The translations under genes and the position numbers were made by a program. A stretch of 24,000 bases of DNA, taken from contig JAKLIY010000010.1 in the NCBI GenBank assembly GCA_022709365.1, positions 2,341-26,340 on the forward strand, written 5' to 3'. The DNA is from Pseudomonadota bacterium (GTDB lineage Bacteria > Pseudomonadota > Gammaproteobacteria > Competibacterales > Competibacteraceae). Under the pieces are notes generated by a model, which saw only the letters and a program-made list of their open reading frames with translations, was not told the DNA's origin and ran no database searches. The first letter of the stretch is position 1. Each line of letters opens with the position of its first letter. Below, one piece after another: positions 23,452-24,000 of the stretch.

Positions 23452-24000
23452 ATGGATTTTCTGCTTGACCCGCAAGTCTGGGCCAGCCTGGTCACCCTGA
23501 CCGCGCTGGAGATCGTCCTCGGCATCGACAACCTGCTGTTCATCGCCATCCTGTCCAACAAGCTGCCCGAGCATCAACAACGCGCCGCACGGCGCAGTGG
23601 CCTGGCGTTGGCGGTCATCACCCGTCTGCTGCTGCTGGCCAGCATATTTTGGCTGGCCAAGGCTACAGAACCCCTGTTCAGTGTGTTTGAGCATCCAGTG
23701 TCGATTCGCGACCTGATTCTGCTGGGCGGCGGTCTATTCCTGCTGGCCAAAGGCACCACCGAGATTCACACCACCGTGGACGGTGTGGAAGAGGAAATGC
23801 GCCAGGCCAAGACCACCGGCTTTGTAGCGGTGATCGTTCAGATCATGGTTCTGGATATCGTGTTTTCTCTGGACAGCGTGATTACCGCAGTGGGCATGGC
23901 TCAGCACCTGTCGGTGATGGCCGCCGCCATTATTATCGCGGTCGGCATCATGATGTTCGCTGCTGAGCCGCTGAGCCAGTTCATCAACACCCACGTTTCG
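23452..24000 (+). CDS. TerC-family integral membrane protein (E. coli YoaE/YegH-like), 3' end off-window
   Basis: Not in the ORF track because no stop falls inside the window. AGGAG at 23438-23442 lies 9 nt before the ATG at 23452. The frame stays open to base 24000 (183 codons): MDFLLDPQVWASLVTLTALEIVLGIDNLLFIAILSNKLP...DIVFSLDSVITAVGM, typical of the TerC domain. The minus-strand ORFs at 23392-23994 are its shadows. Confidence 0.88.
   Translation, partial: MDFLLDPQVWASLVTLTALEIVLGIDNLLFIAILSNKLPEHQQRAARRSGLALAVITRLLLLASIFWLAKATEPLFSVFEHPVSIRDLILLGGGLFLLAKGTTEIHTTVDGVEEEMRQAKTTGFVAVIVQIMVLDIVFSLDSVITAVGMAQHLSVMAAAIIIAVGIMMFAAEPLSQFINTHVS

Noticed and set aside
1-24000. Scan for CRISPR arrays, tRNA/rRNA genes, IS elements with terminal inverted repeats, and integron attC/attI sites.
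   Set aside because: No regularly spaced direct repeats, cloverleaf-capable conserved tRNA boxes, rRNA-like conserved blocks or intact transposase ORFs were seen by eye. A tRNAscan, Infernal and ISfinder run would be the definitive check.

Overview
GC-rich, densely coding proteobacterial chromosomal window. Several proteins align closely from memory with E. coli orthologues, suggesting a gamma- or betaproteobacterium. Gene order: tricorn-like S41 protease (5' partial) and a small secreted protein. Then a long minus-strand run: DUF2189 membrane protein, GlgM-like GT4 glucosyltransferase, creD, creC, creB, a TehA/SLAC1-family channel and polyphosphate glucokinase. Then a PaaI thioesterase and an EamA transporter, followed by a ~700-bp gene-decay scar holding possible integrase and TetR remnants. 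Then uvrD, an orphan GspE/PilB-family ATPase, ompW, a small HMA metal-binding protein, glnA-ntrB-ntrC with a sigma-54 promoter and NtrC enhancer, trmL, and a TerC/YoaE-like protein (3' partial). I saw no rRNA, tRNA, CRISPR array or intact mobile element. Most remaining ORF-track entries are antisense or alternate-frame shadow ORFs typical of high-GC DNA. Several real genes start downstream of the ORF-track start, and I re-set those starts using ATG/RBS and orthologue N-termini. I found no convincing evidence for a novel multi-gene system such as a defence island; the region looks mostly housekeeping. The most unusual points are: (1) a TehA/SLAC1-type channel gene overlapping creB by 1 nt at the head of the cre cluster; (2) a secretion-ATPase gene with no secretion partners, whose start overlaps the uvrD stop; (3) the decay scar upstream of uvrD; (4) a REP-like G/C hairpin family with four copies; (5) actinobacterial-type alpha-glucan and polyphosphate enzymes. 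All homology statements come from reading the translations, not from database searches.
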